Assembly (NCBI GenBank): GCA_944391515.1
Contig: CALXTW010000003.1
Coordinates: forward strand, 9,102 to 73,101
Length of the DNA: 64,000 nucleotides
Direction: 5' to 3'
Origin: an uncultured Alphaproteobacteria bacterium
GTDB lineage: Bacteria > Pseudomonadota > Alphaproteobacteria > RF32 > CAG-239
The notes below the pieces were generated by a model. That model was not told the DNA's origin and ran no database searches. It was given only the letters and a program-made list of their open reading frames with translations. Both the position numbers and the translations under genes were made by a program. Each line of letters opens with the position of its first letter. Positions within the stretch are counted from its first letter, which is position 1. Below are positions 25,413-35,865 of this stretch, in pieces.

Positions 25413-27875
25413 CTAATACTCTGTTCCCATTTGAAAATCATTACTCTCATCCACCCCAAATACCTTGGCTGTGTCTTCCAAAGAGTGTGCCGGCTTGTCA
25501 CTCTCGCCGATAATTCTTTGTTTGTTACGGTTAAAGTCAAAATCTGGTTTTAAGGCCTCAAAAATTACCGAAGTATCGCTTGGGGTTGCCGGTTTGCCGG
25601 TTTTACTGTTGATACGAACCAATTTGATGCCTTGCGGAATACGGAACGGAATATCGGGTTGGCCTTGGAGAGCTTCTGCCATATAGTCATAGAATATCGG
25701 CAAAGCAACCGAGGCTCCGGTTTCTCTGCGTCCAAGTGAGCGCGGGTTATCGAATCCGACATAAGTTCCGACCACCAAATCAGGAGAAAAGCCCATAAAC
25801 CAACCGTCCTTATTGTCATTGGTGGTTCCGGTCTTTCCTGCCAAATGGCGTTTGAGTTGACGCAAACGTGCACCTGTTCCGCGAACGGCAACACCTTCCA
25901 AAATTGAGGTCATTTGGTAAGCTGACATCGGGTCAACGATTTGTTCTCTGTTGTCGGCAATTTCAGGAATAGGTTGATTATCCCATTTGTCTGCCGTGCA
26001 ACCTTTGCATTCTCTTTGGTCGTGTTTGTAAATGGTTTTACCGTTACGATCTTGAATGCGTTCAATAAAGTAAGGTTCAACCTTTTTGCCACCATTGACC
26101 AAAACAGAATAAGCACTTGCCATATCTATTAAGCGCGTATCTCCTGCCCCCAAAGACATTGACAACAATTCAGGCAAATTCTTGTTTACGCCTATGCGTC
26201 TTGACATTTCGGAAACTTTATCCATTCCGACATCTTGCGCCAGACGTACAGTCATTAAGTTACGAGATTTTTCTATTCCCTCACGCAAGGTCATCAGCCC
26301 ATAAAATTTCTTGGTATAGTTTTCGGGTTTCCAACGCTTTTGTCCGGCACCTTGATCAAGCACAAACGGGGCATCCAAAATCAAATCCGTCGGAGAGTAT
26401 CCGTTTTCAAGAGCGGTCAAATATACAAAAGGCTTGAAAGATGAACCCGTTTGACGATAAGCCTGAGTGGCTCGGTTAAACTGCGATTTGGCAAAAGAAT
26501 AGCCACCAACGACTGCCAAAACTTTGCCCGTGTGCGGATCCATAACAATCAAAGCGCCTTCGACATCCGGAATTTGGCGTAATTCATAGCTGTTTTGTGC
26601 CAAATTTTTTGAGGTTTTGACTTTATCCAATGCAGGCTCGACAAAGATGACATCGCCTTCTTTTAACACTTCCGCTACGGACTTGGGAGCATAGCCTACA
26701 CCTTGTTTGGCTAAATTTTTTCTCGCCCAAGAAAGGAGTTGCAACGGAATTATGCCTTGTTGTCCATCAACGGTTTCGATTGCGGCTTGATTAGGCTCAA
26801 CCTTTAGCACAACAGCCTTTTGCCAGGTTTTATCCGCACCGGCAGGAGCTTTAAATTCCTTCAAAGCTTTTTGATAATCTTCATTTAACTGAATATTGGT
26901 CAGAGGTCCACGCCAACCGTGTCTTAAATCATAATTTTTAATTTGTTTCTGGAAGACTTTGGTCGCAAGCTCTTGAAGTTTCGGATTAATTGTGGTTCGG
27001 ACAATTAGTCCGCCTTCATAGAGGGCATCAGAGCCAAATTTATCACTGATTTCACGCCTGACTTCCTCACTGAAATATTGCGCACTTTTTACAAATTCGG
27101 CATTGCGATTAACGGTAACAAGCGGTTTTTGCTTGGCTATAGCACCTTCATCAGGCGTGATATATTCTTCTTCAACCATACGATCAATAACCCAGTTACG
27201 ACGTGTAACGGCTGCATCATATTTGGTTTTAGGATTATAGTTATTCGGCCCCTTAGGTAAAGCTGCCAAATATGCGATTTCTTCAATTGTAAGGTCATTC
27301 AGTGATTTGCCGAAATAATTCAAAGCCGCCGCTGCCACACCATAAGAACGATTGCCAAGATAGATTTCGTTTAAGTATAATTCCAAAATATGGTCTTTGG
27401 TAAAGGCTTGCTCCATGCGGGTGGCCAAAATAGCTTCTTTGAGTTTACGAATATAAGACAATTCAGAACTCAGCAAAAAGTTCTTGGCTACTTGTTGTGT
27501 GATGGTTGAGGCTCCAGCCGGACGACGTCCCGTTCCAATATTTTTGATATTACCAATAACGGCACGAATAATTCCAACGTAGTCAATCCCTGAGTGAGAA
27601 TAAAACTTTTTATCTTCAGCGGCAATAAAAGCGTTTTTAACCTGATCGGGAATCTTATCTACGGGCACAAAAATTCTCTTTTCTGCGGCATATTCCATCA
27701 ATAATTGACCATCGCCGGCATAAAGACGTGTGGTGACGGCCGGCTCATATTTTGCCAACTGATGATAATCCGGAAGTTGTTCGGAATATTCCCATAAAGT
27801 TGTAATAACCAAGACTACGGCAATAACAGCAAAGAAGAAAAACGTGCTGAGCAGAGATGATAACGTCTTAAACAT
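25413..27875 (-). CDS. mrcA: penicillin-binding protein 1A (bifunctional glycosyltransferase/transpeptidase)
   Basis: GT51 motifs (EDKKFYSHSGID, RKLKE) and transpeptidase motifs (SSFKP, KTGT). Confidence 0.9.
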   Translation of the reverse strand: MFKTLSSLLSTFFFFAVIAVVLVITTLWEYSEQLPDYHQLAKYEPAVTTRLYAGDGQLLMEYAAEKRIFVPVDKIPDQVKNAFIAAEDKKFYSHSGIDYVGIIRAVIGNIKNIGTGRRPAGASTITQQVAKNFLLSSELSYIRKLKEAILATRMEQAFTKDHILELYLNEIYLGNRSYGVAAAALNYFGKSLNDLTIEEIAYLAALPKGPNNYNPKTKYDAAVTRRNWVIDRMVEEEYITPDEGAIAKQKPLVTVNRNAEFVKSAQYFSEEVRREISDKFGSDALYEGGLIVRTTINPKLQELATKVFQKQIKNYDLRHGWRGPLTNIQLNEDYQKALKEFKAPAGADKTWQKAVVLKVEPNQAAIETVDGQQGIIPLQLLSWARKNLAKQGVGYAPKSVAEVLKEGDVIFVEPALDKVKTSKNLAQNSYELRQIPDVEGALIVMDPHTGKVLAVVGGYSFAKSQFNRATQAYRQTGSSFKPFVYLTALENGYSPTDLILDAPFVLDQGAGQKRWKPENYTKKFYGLMTLREGIEKSRNLMTVRLAQDVGMDKVSEMSRRIGVNKNLPELLSMSLGAGDTRLIDMASAYSVLVNGGKKVEPYFIERIQDRNGKTIYKHDQRECKGCTADKWDNQPIPEIADNREQIVDPMSAYQMTSILEGVAVRGTGARLRQLKRHLAGKTGTTNDNKDGWFMGFSPDLVVGTYVGFDNPRSLGRRETGASVALPIFYDYMAEALQGQPDIPFRIPQGIKLVRINSKTGKPATPSDTSVIFEALKPDFDFNRNKQRIIGESDKPAHSLEDTAKVFGVDESNDFQMGTEY

Positions 27876-27996
27876 AAATTATTCCACTTTTCATTTATAA
27901 CTTCACAAAATTAGCTTTAATCTATTACAATTTATAAAAAAAGCAAAAAGAAATTTGCTTTTAACAGGCAAAACTTAACTTTACTGTGAATAGTTT

Positions 27997-29250
27997 TCAG
28001 AATACGGAGGCGTGTTGCATATTATCAAAATATTTTTCAACGGCTTTGCTGGTTGATACCGCTAATTTTTTGCGGTAGCTTTTTTGCTTTAAGAGGCGTT
28101 CTTCGGTGCGATTGGAAAGATACCCCATCTCCAACAATACAGACGGAACATCAGGTGCTTTTAAGACCGCAAAACCTGCAAAACGGTGCGTATTATCTTT
28201 TAACTTAACCGACTTGCGCATTTCTTGAACCATAAATGTTGCAAATTCGGAAGAACGGTTCATGGTTTCTCTTTGCGCTAAGTTAATTAAAATATCGGAA
28301 ACTTCTTTGGAATGCTCCAACAAATTTAAGCCTGCCACAACATCCACTTTGTTTTCACGTTCAGCCAAAGCGGCAGCCTCTTTGTCTGATGCCGTTTCAG
28401 ACAAGGTATAAACAGACAAACCTTTAGCGCTGCGATTAACGGCGCTATCCGCATGGATAGACATAAACAAATCAGCGTTATGTTTGCGTGCAATTTTTAC
28501 CCTATCTCGCAGAGGAATAAAAATATCCGTGCTACGCGTCAGATAAACTTTATAGCCTTCTTTTTCGAGAATCGTTTTAAGCTCTTTAGCCATAGCCAAA
28601 GTGATGTTTTTTTCATAAACACCTGAGTAACCAATAGCTCCTGGGTCTTTTCCACCATGTCCGGGATCAAGCACAACAACTTTCTTTTTATTCGTACTGC
28701 GTGCTTTTTCGCTTTTGCTTGATTTGGAAGAAGAATAACTTCCGGCAAAAGAATTTTCTGCACTGAGAGCATATTTAGAGCCAACTTTAGAAGCAAACTC
28801 TCTTTCTGATGCAATAGCAACATCTACGACAAAGCGCCATCCAAAATTGCTTTGCGGAGCCAGCATAAAAGCCTTTTTGACAATCACCGGCTTTTTCAAA
28901 TCAAACACTATTCTGGTGCCATCCACTCCGACAGTTCCAAGTCTAGGAGATGAAAGCAAGTTGTTTTTATCTTGTTGCTTTTCAATTTTTGAACTGACAG
29001 GAACATTAAATGTATCGACTACCAATCTTTTGGGTTCGCTTAACAAAAATACATTATAATCGAATTTCCGGTCAGCGTCAAAAACGATACGAACATTTCC
29101 CACGCCTTGACCGATACGCATTGAGCTAATGCCCGCAGCCTGAGCCGAATCAACACACAATTGCCCTAATAGAGCTACAAGCACTAGCTTAGCCGTTAGC
29201 GATGTCAGCTTTTTATAGAAACTGACGATATGGGGCAAAAGTTCCTTCAT
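27997..29250 (-). CDS. amiC: N-acetylmuramoyl-L-alanine amidase (AMIN domain + Amidase_3)
   Basis: Signal peptide, an AMIN-like N-terminal domain, and VVLDPGHGGKDPGA ... SIHADS ... E in the amidase_3 domain. Confidence 0.85.
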   Translation of the reverse strand: MKELLPHIVSFYKKLTSLTAKLVLVALLGQLCVDSAQAAGISSMRIGQGVGNVRIVFDADRKFDYNVFLLSEPKRLVVDTFNVPVSSKIEKQQDKNNLLSSPRLGTVGVDGTRIVFDLKKPVIVKKAFMLAPQSNFGWRFVVDVAIASEREFASKVGSKYALSAENSFAGSYSSSKSSKSEKARSTNKKKVVVLDPGHGGKDPGAIGYSGVYEKNITLAMAKELKTILEKEGYKVYLTRSTDIFIPLRDRVKIARKHNADLFMSIHADSAVNRSAKGLSVYTLSETASDKEAAALAERENKVDVVAGLNLLEHSKEVSDILINLAQRETMNRSSEFATFMVQEMRKSVKLKDNTHRFAGFAVLKAPDVPSVLLEMGYLSNRTEERLLKQKSYRKKLAVSTSKAVEKYFDNMQHASVF

Positions 29251-29781
29251 TTCAAATAAAATCCACTTAGTCTACTATGAGATTAGTATAATCGATTACT
29301 TCTTACCAAGAGGTTAAAAGTTTTAATTCTTTTGCAATTTACATTTCTTCCCCAAAACTAGCAAGCAGATTTTTGCAATATGCTTGAAAAAACTTATTGT
29401 GTTTTATACAAAAATGTATATGCTAACGTTAATTATATGCGCTATGCATCGGAATTTTGTTCATTTGAGAGCGTTTTCTCTCTGAACCACGTTGACAGGT
29501 GCGGTCAGTTTTGCTGACGCCATATAAGGGAAAGATTTATACTGGAAGGTTTTACCTGCAAACCCATAAATAACAAAGTAAACAATAAGCGGTTTGCCGG
29601 AAGTAAAAGAAAGATGATATATACTTTGGGGATTTCCCCAAAAAATGAGATTTATGATGGGTGCGTTTGGTCGTTTTAGGGCTTTTGTTTGCGTGCCAAG
29701 AAACATATACTTTCGCTCAGCCTCTCCAGATTGTGACAATCATTTCACAAATGAAAATTTGTGATAAAAGGAGAATTATTT
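29251..29781 (+). promoter_or_regulatory. long non-coding leader / divergent control region upstream of rne
   Basis: 531 bp with no credible CDS and several hairpins. One example is the palindrome GGGGATTTCCCC at about 29629. Confidence 0.4.
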
Positions 29782-32514
29782 ATGACTAAAAGAATGCTGA
29801 TTGATGACACTTGTGCCGAAGAAACTCGTGTCGTCATTGTTAACGGCAATAAGGTTGAAGATGTTGAATTCGAATCGACAACTCGCAAACAAATTAAGGG
29901 AAATATTTATCTTGCTAAAGTTATGAGGGTTGAACCTTCCTTGCAAGCCGCATTCGTTGATTATGGTGGGAATAGGCATGGTTTTTTGGCTTTTGGTGAA
30001 ATTCATCCCGATTATTATAATCTCAGCAAAGAAGAATTAGCTGAAATTGATAATGAAGTTGATGAAATTATTGAAGCAAAAAAACAAGCTCTCAAAGAAC
30101 GTGAATTAGAAAGAGAAAGATATCGCGCCGAAAAAGCGGCTCGTGAAGAAGAACGTCGCGCAAGAGAGGCTGAAGAAAAAGCAAGACTCGAAGCTGAGGC
30201 TCTAAAAGCTGAACAAGATGCACAAACTCAAGAAGTTCAAGAAAATTCAGAGATAAAAACAAGTGAACCTCAACAATTAGCTTTAGAAGAATCCTCACAA
30301 AATTTGGAAGCTGAAGATTCTTCTACCTCACAAGATGAGATAAAAGAGGCTGAGGCGGTTCAAGAGGCTGCAGAATCTGTTTCAGTAGCAGAAGTTGCCG
30401 AAGAACCTGTCAATGATCGCAAACATCCTCGCAAAAAAAGAATTTTGAAAAAACGTGCTCGCAAAGCATTAGAAGCGGCTCATAAAGAAGATGTTAAATC
30501 ATCAGATTCTGAAAACGTTTCTGCTGCAAAAGAGAGCAAAAGTGAAGAAACTGAAGAAGATAAAGAAAAATTAGTCGTTATGTCTGCCGAAATTGAAAAT
30601 TCAGATGAAGTCGTTTCGGAAGAAGTTGAAAATGAGCACAAACAATCAACAACGTCTCAACATTTGGCTGAAGAAGATGTGGCCGAAGAAGGTGATGACG
30701 ACGATGAAGAAGACGACGTTGAAACTGATTTTGAAATTCAACGTAAACTGCTCAGAATCCGCAAAATGTTCCACCGCAGTAAAATTCAAGACGTCATTAA
30801 AGAAGGTCAGACTTTATTGGTACAAGTGGTTAAAGAAGAAAGAGGCAACAAGGGAGCCGCTCTTACTACCTATTTGTCTTTGGCCGGACGTTACTGCGTT
30901 TTAATGCCTAACCGCATTAAAAGTGGCGGTGTTTCTCGCAAAATTACAAATGTTGCAGACAGAAAACGCTTAAAAGGCATTGTTAAAGAACTGCCGTTGA
31001 ATGACGAAATGTCCATGATTGTACGCACCGCCGGTGAGGAAAAAACTAAAGCTGACATTGTACGCGACTATAATTACCTCATCAGAAGTTGGAATCAAAT
31101 TCGACTTGATGCATTAAAGGTAAAAGCCCCTGCTCTCATTCATGAAGAAGGAAATTTAATCAGACGCGCTTTGCGTGATATGTTTACTAAAGATATTTCG
31201 GAAATTATTGTTGATGGTGAGCAAGCTTATAAATCAGCAAGAGAATTTGTAAAAATTTTATCTCCGAATAATCTGAAGAAAATTAAAGAAAACAAAAAGA
31301 ATGAACTGCCTCTTTTCCAAAGATTTCAAGTTGAATCTCAATTGGATAAACTTCATGATACCAATGTTCAATTGGAATCTGGCGGCTATCTCGTTATTAA
31401 CCCGACAGAGGCTCTCGTTTCTATTGACGTAAACTCCGGTCGAGCTACCAAAGAAAAAGATTTGGAGGAAACCGCTCTTAAAACCAATTTGGAAGCAGCC
31501 GATGAAATTGCAAAACAACTCAGAATGCGTAATTTGGCTGGTTTGGTTGTGGTTGACTTTATTGATATGGAAGACCCCAAAAATAATCAAGCCGTTGAAA
31601 AGCGCATGAAAGAGGCTATGAAAAAAGATAGAGCAAGAATCCAAATTGCCAAAATGAGTTGTTTCGGTTTGCTTGAGATTTCAAGACAAAGAATGCATTC
31701 TTCTTTCTTTGAAAGCAACTATCAAGTTTGTCCGCATTGCCATGGTAAAGGTATTGTCAGAACAATTGAGTCTGGTGCTATGTATATTTTGCGCTGCATT
31801 GAAGAAGAAGGCATAAAAAATAAATCTTCCAGAATTAATCTGTACCTCCCAAGCGAATTTGCAGTTTATCTCTTAAATCAAAAGCGCAAAAATCTCTCTG
31901 CCTTAGAAGATAAATATCATATGGAAGTTATTATTTGTGCAGATGATGCAATTAAGAACATTGCCGATTATCGCATTGAGCGCGTAAAGGTCGTTGCTAA
32001 ACCTCAGACAGAAGAGATTAAATCGGAAGAAACAGATACCGTAAGTACTGCTGAAATTACAGATGATAAGCAAAATTCTAAGCCTGAAAAGAAAGGCAAA
32101 AGAGGTCGTCGCAGAAAAGATGAAGCTCCAATTGAGGCTGAAAAATCAGTGCCGGCAGAAGAAAATGAACCGACGACTGAACCCCATGAGGAAGAAGTCC
32201 CTACTGAAGAAACCGTAGTTACCGAAAGCAACGAAATGGCTGAAAATGAGGCTCCGGAAAGAGAACGCCGTTTCAACAATCGTCGCAGAGACAGACGAAA
32301 TCGTTTTGACAGACGGGGCAGAAATAGAGGACGTAGAAATCGTGATAACGATAATGAGCAAACAAATTTCTCTGAGCATAAAAAAGAAAAAAGTGAAGCC
32401 GTTATCTTGTACAACAGTCACGAAGATATCGCTCCTCAACCTCAAGAAGAGCTAAAAGAAGGAAACGAATCTAAAGAAAAGGCAACTTGGTGGAGAAAAC
32501 TCATCAAAAGTTAG
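29782..32514 (+). CDS. rne: ribonuclease E
   Basis: The S1 domain (IYLAKVMRVEPSLQAAFVDYGGNRHGFL) is followed, after the insertion described in the findings, by the conserved core (VKEERGNKGAALTTYLSLAGRYCVLMP, DVNSGR, Zn-link CPHCHGKG). I chose the ATG at 29782 because AAAGGAGAA lies upstream. Confidence 0.9.
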   Translation: MTKRMLIDDTCAEETRVVIVNGNKVEDVEFESTTRKQIKGNIYLAKVMRVEPSLQAAFVDYGGNRHGFLAFGEIHPDYYNLSKEELAEIDNEVDEIIEAKKQALKERELERERYRAEKAAREEERRAREAEEKARLEAEALKAEQDAQTQEVQENSEIKTSEPQQLALEESSQNLEAEDSSTSQDEIKEAEAVQEAAESVSVAEVAEEPVNDRKHPRKKRILKKRARKALEAAHKEDVKSSDSENVSAAKESKSEETEEDKEKLVVMSAEIENSDEVVSEEVENEHKQSTTSQHLAEEDVAEEGDDDDEEDDVETDFEIQRKLLRIRKMFHRSKIQDVIKEGQTLLVQVVKEERGNKGAALTTYLSLAGRYCVLMPNRIKSGGVSRKITNVADRKRLKGIVKELPLNDEMSMIVRTAGEEKTKADIVRDYNYLIRSWNQIRLDALKVKAPALIHEEGNLIRRALRDMFTKDISEIIVDGEQAYKSAREFVKILSPNNLKKIKENKKNELPLFQRFQVESQLDKLHDTNVQLESGGYLVINPTEALVSIDVNSGRATKEKDLEETALKTNLEAADEIAKQLRMRNLAGLVVVDFIDMEDPKNNQAVEKRMKEAMKKDRARIQIAKMSCFGLLEISRQRMHSSFFESNYQVCPHCHGKGIVRTIESGAMYILRCIEEEGIKNKSSRINLYLPSEFAVYLLNQKRKNLSALEDKYHMEVIICADDAIKNIADYRIERVKVVAKPQTEEIKSEETDTVSTAEITDDKQNSKPEKKGKRGRRRKDEAPIEAEKSVPAEENEPTTEPHEEEVPTEETVVTESNEMAENEAPERERRFNNRRRDRRNRFDRRGRNRGRRNRDNDNEQTNFSEHKKEKSEAVILYNSHEDIAPQPQEELKEGNESKEKATWWRKLIKS

Positions 32515-33887
32515 ATTTGCTCACTCGTTTCGAGCAGAATTGTAAAAGGCTAATTATCGGTATTTTACCGATATTAGCCTTTTTGGCTTTAAGTACTCCG
32601 GCTTACGCTCAAATCAGTATTATTTCCGATGAAGAGACTGAACTTTATTTGAGTAAGCTCATTCAACCGATCTTTAAGGCAGCGGGTATTCCCTTTAATC
32701 GTAACAAAATATACATTGTAAATGATGATAGTCTAAATGCTTTTGTGGCTGACGGAAATAACCTGTTTGTACACACGGGAACACTCATTAAAGCTGATAA
32801 TTCAGAGCAACTCAAAGGGGTTTTAGCTCACGAAGTTGGGCATATAACCGGCGGACATATTTTACGCCAAAAGCTTAAAATTCAAGATATTCAAGAAGCA
32901 TCTCTGGCCTCTATGGTATTAGCCGGAGCATTGGGTGCTGCCAGCGGACGCGGAGATGTGGCAATGGCGGTGATGATGGGCTCTCAAAGCTCTCTTCTTT
33001 CCAACTATTTGGCTTATCGAGTGGAGGAAGAAAGAAGTGCCGATGAAGCAGCCATAACCTTCTTAAAAAAAGACAACACCTCCCCGCAAGGGCTTTTAGA
33101 CTTTATGAAAAAATTACAAAAGCAAAATACTCTCAACGGCGTGGAAGAAAGTTTATATTTCAGGACACACCCTCTGACCTCAGAGAGAATCACTTTTTTA
33201 CAACAAGCGGTTAAAGCATCTCCTTACAGACCTGAAACAAATTCGGATGAGGCCTACTTACGCATTAAAGCCAAGCTCAGTGCTTTTTTATATGAACCTA
33301 AGCAGACTTTTTTACGCTATCCCTTAACAAACAGCTCTATCCCTGCACGCTATGCTCAGGCAGTTGCTTTTATGAAAATGTTAGATTTTAAGAATGCACA
33401 TAATATTATAGATGCTTTGATAAAAGCAGAGCCTCATAATCCTTATTTTCATGAAGTGAAGGCGCAAATTTATTTGGAGCAAGGAAAAATCTCTCAAGCC
33501 AAGCAAGAATATGTTCTCATTCTCAAGCTTCGTCCCAATGTGGCTTTGTTTCAACTTGATTGGGCACAAGTGGTTTTAGCCGGAACTCCTAACTCACAAG
33601 AAATCGCAGAAGTTATTAAAGTTCTTAACCAAGCTCTTATTCGTCGCTCTAATTCACAAGGTTGGCTCTTACTCTCTCAAGCCTATTATCAAGCAGGACA
33701 CCTTGCCTATGCCGATTATGCTGCGGCGGAGTATTCTTTGCGTATGGGTAAGCCGGAAGTGGCTTTGCGACAAATACAAAAAGCCCAAAAGGGACTGACG
33801 AATCCAAATCTTGTTCTCAGACTTGAAGACTTAAAGCAGAGAATTAAAAACCTTTACCCTCAGATTGATGAGAAAAAATTCAAGTAA
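32487..33887 (+). CDS. M48-family metalloprotease with C-terminal TPR region (BepA-like)
   Basis: Signal/anchor sequence, HEVGH zinc motif, a later EERSADE, and TPR-like repeats. The start is uncertain (TTG 32487, GTG 32490 or TTG 32517) and overlaps the rne end. Confidence 0.8.
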   Translation: MVEKTHQKLDLLTRFEQNCKRLIIGILPILAFLALSTPAYAQISIISDEETELYLSKLIQPIFKAAGIPFNRNKIYIVNDDSLNAFVADGNNLFVHTGTLIKADNSEQLKGVLAHEVGHITGGHILRQKLKIQDIQEASLASMVLAGALGAASGRGDVAMAVMMGSQSSLLSNYLAYRVEEERSADEAAITFLKKDNTSPQGLLDFMKKLQKQNTLNGVEESLYFRTHPLTSERITFLQQAVKASPYRPETNSDEAYLRIKAKLSAFLYEPKQTFLRYPLTNSSIPARYAQAVAFMKMLDFKNAHNIIDALIKAEPHNPYFHEVKAQIYLEQGKISQAKQEYVLILKLRPNVALFQLDWAQVVLAGTPNSQEIAEVIKVLNQALIRRSNSQGWLLLSQAYYQAGHLAYADYAAAEYSLRMGKPEVALRQIQKAQKGLTNPNLVLRLEDLKQRIKNLYPQIDEKKFK

Positions 33888-33891
33888 GAAC

Positions 33892-34857
33892 TTAGTCTCT
33901 CCTTTGGAGTTCATTGAGAATTTCGGACGTTGGGGCGGCGTATGACAAGTTACTCGGACGAACGAAGCTTGGAATATCATCTTCATCTCGCTCTAACGTG
34001 TCTTTCTGAGCCGTTACCTTTTCAATTTCCAAATTTGGAATTTCGACATTCGGTTTAGCCTGGAATAAGCAATCCATTCCACCTACTGGTTCATAAAAAC
34101 GCTCTAAGCCTTCTATTTTGGCATTCCTGCCTAAATAAAGGAATCCTCCCGAAACTTGGCGACTATATATTTTTGCTATTAATTTTTCTTGGACATCAGG
34201 TGCAAAATATTGCAAAACATAGCGACAGAAGATAACATCATACAAATCGCTATGCGTCAGTTCATCTAATAAATTATAGCGACGAAACTCAACCATTGAA
34301 GCTATATCATCATTTACAACCCATTGTCCGTTTTCTTGATGAAAATTTTCCAAGATTTGGCGCATATTCAAACCCATTTGAACATCAAATTGATTATAAG
34401 CGCCTTTTTGTGCTTTACTTATTGCGTAATTGGAAATATCTGTTCCGATAATATCTATTTTCCAATCATTTATGCCTTTTAGATATTGTTTAAGTGCCAT
34501 TGCTATGGAATAAGTTTCTTGTCCGGTGGAACAACCCAAACTCCATATTCGTAATTTTTTTGAACTCCGATTTATTTCGCGAAGCTGTGGCAACATATAA
34601 GTTTCAAATCCTCTAAAGACAGGATAATCTCTATAAAAATAAGTATAAGAAAGAGTGAGCGCTTCTATTACTTGCCACAACAAAGCTTTTTGTCCTAGTT
34701 TTAGTTCAGCAATCAGCTCTTCTACTGATGGGTAGCCCTTTTCACAAATAAAACTATAAAGTTTTTTATCTACAATAAAATATTTGTCGTTGGATAAATC
34801 CCAACCGGCATGTTGTCTGAGAAGGCTTAATACATATTCAAAATCACTTTTCTTCAT
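33892..34857 (-). CDS. cheR: CheR-type protein-glutamate O-methyltransferase
   Basis: N-terminal CheR helical domain, then TYFYRD, the SAM-binding IWSLGCSTGQETYS, and IFCRYVLQYF. Confidence 0.85.
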   Translation of the reverse strand: MKKSDFEYVLSLLRQHAGWDLSNDKYFIVDKKLYSFICEKGYPSVEELIAELKLGQKALLWQVIEALTLSYTYFYRDYPVFRGFETYMLPQLREINRSSKKLRIWSLGCSTGQETYSIAMALKQYLKGINDWKIDIIGTDISNYAISKAQKGAYNQFDVQMGLNMRQILENFHQENGQWVVNDDIASMVEFRRYNLLDELTHSDLYDVIFCRYVLQYFAPDVQEKLIAKIYSRQVSGGFLYLGRNAKIEGLERFYEPVGGMDCLFQAKPNVEIPNLEIEKVTAQKDTLERDEDDIPSFVRPSNLSYAAPTSEILNELQRRD

Positions 34858-34866
34858 TGTTTTTTC

Positions 34867-35232
34867 CTAGACCAATCCCAGAATTGCTAACTTTGAGGCT
34901 ATAATTTCCTCATCAAAGGGTTTTAGTACATAATCATCTGCTCCGCTATTGAGAGCATCTTTTATGGTATCTATATCATTTAATGATGAACAAAAGATTA
35001 TTTTTGGCTGTTTAGAAATTTTGGAACTTCGAATTTTATACATTGCATCTATTCCATCCAAAACGGGTAAACGATAATCCATTATGATGACATCTGGCTC
35101 ATTTAACTGACAGAGTTCAACGACTTCTTCACCATCTTCAGCCTCAATCACATCAAACCCCAAATTGCCCATAATTTTATTAAATAACATTCGGATTATT
35201 TTAGAATCGTCTGCAACTAAACATTTGGACAT
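34867..35232 (-). CDS. single-domain response regulator (CheY/CpdR-like receiver)
   Basis: 121 aa with the acidic pocket ADD, a phospho-acceptor Asp in IIMDYRLP, and the conserved S and K (YVLKPF). Confidence 0.85.
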   Translation of the reverse strand: MSKCLVADDSKIIRMLFNKIMGNLGFDVIEAEDGEEVVELCQLNEPDVIIMDYRLPVLDGIDAMYKIRSSKISKQPKIIFCSSLNDIDTIKDALNSGADDYVLKPFDEEIIASKLAILGLV

Positions 35233-35238
35233 TTCAAT

Positions 35239-35856
35239 TTACTCCATTATCAAACCCAATGTGGGAGCTTCTATTAATGTGACATGGCAATTTTGATTAG
35301 ATAACAAAGTTTGCATATAAAAGACAGGAGCATATTGTGCAATATTATTTTCTGGCTTATTACCGGCAAGAACCAATTTGATGTTTTTGATTTTTTCTGC
35401 CGACAGAGATGTAGATGTATTAATAATTACAGCCAGTTTATCCCCTACTTCTCGGGCTTCAATTTGGCCTCCTTTTACCAAAGTATCTGCCAAAATCATA
35501 ATGGCCAACATCGCAAGACGAGAAAAACGAGCTGTATGCAACTCTAATGCCAGAGATATCGGATGATTTTGAGAACCTAGCGTTTTGAGATAGTTTTCGG
35601 TTGTGGTTTGAATCGTTGCAAAGTCTTCCAAATTGGAATTATTCAAGCCAAATGCCATGCGAAAAAACTTTAGGCGTGCTGATAAAACCGTGGAACTGAC
35701 TTTGAGAATCGAGCGAATATCATCAATAAAATCCATATCACCTTCTTCCAGAAGCTCAACCGCATTGGAAACAGCTCCGACATTGCCGATAACATCATGG
35801 CTGATACGGGTACAGATTAATTCCGCCAGCTCCGTTTGTGTTAATATTTCGCTCAT
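35239..35856 (-). CDS. chpT: histidine phosphotransferase ChpT
   Basis: From memory, LAELICTRISHDVIGNVGAVSNAVELLEEG ... FFRMAFG parallels Caulobacter ChpT LAARLCHDFISPASAIVSGLDLLEDP ... RVAFG. Confidence 0.8.
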   Translation of the reverse strand: MSEILTQTELAELICTRISHDVIGNVGAVSNAVELLEEGDMDFIDDIRSILKVSSTVLSARLKFFRMAFGLNNSNLEDFATIQTTTENYLKTLGSQNHPISLALELHTARFSRLAMLAIMILADTLVKGGQIEAREVGDKLAVIINTSTSLSAEKIKNIKLVLAGNKPENNIAQYAPVFYMQTLLSNQNCHVTLIEAPTLGLIME

Positions 35857-35865
35857 TTCACCCTC

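Noticed and set aside
29461-29739. 92-aa ORF in the amiC-rne spacer.
   Set aside because: It has no RBS and an odd composition, and it lies in what is more plausibly the rne leader. I treated it as non-coding.
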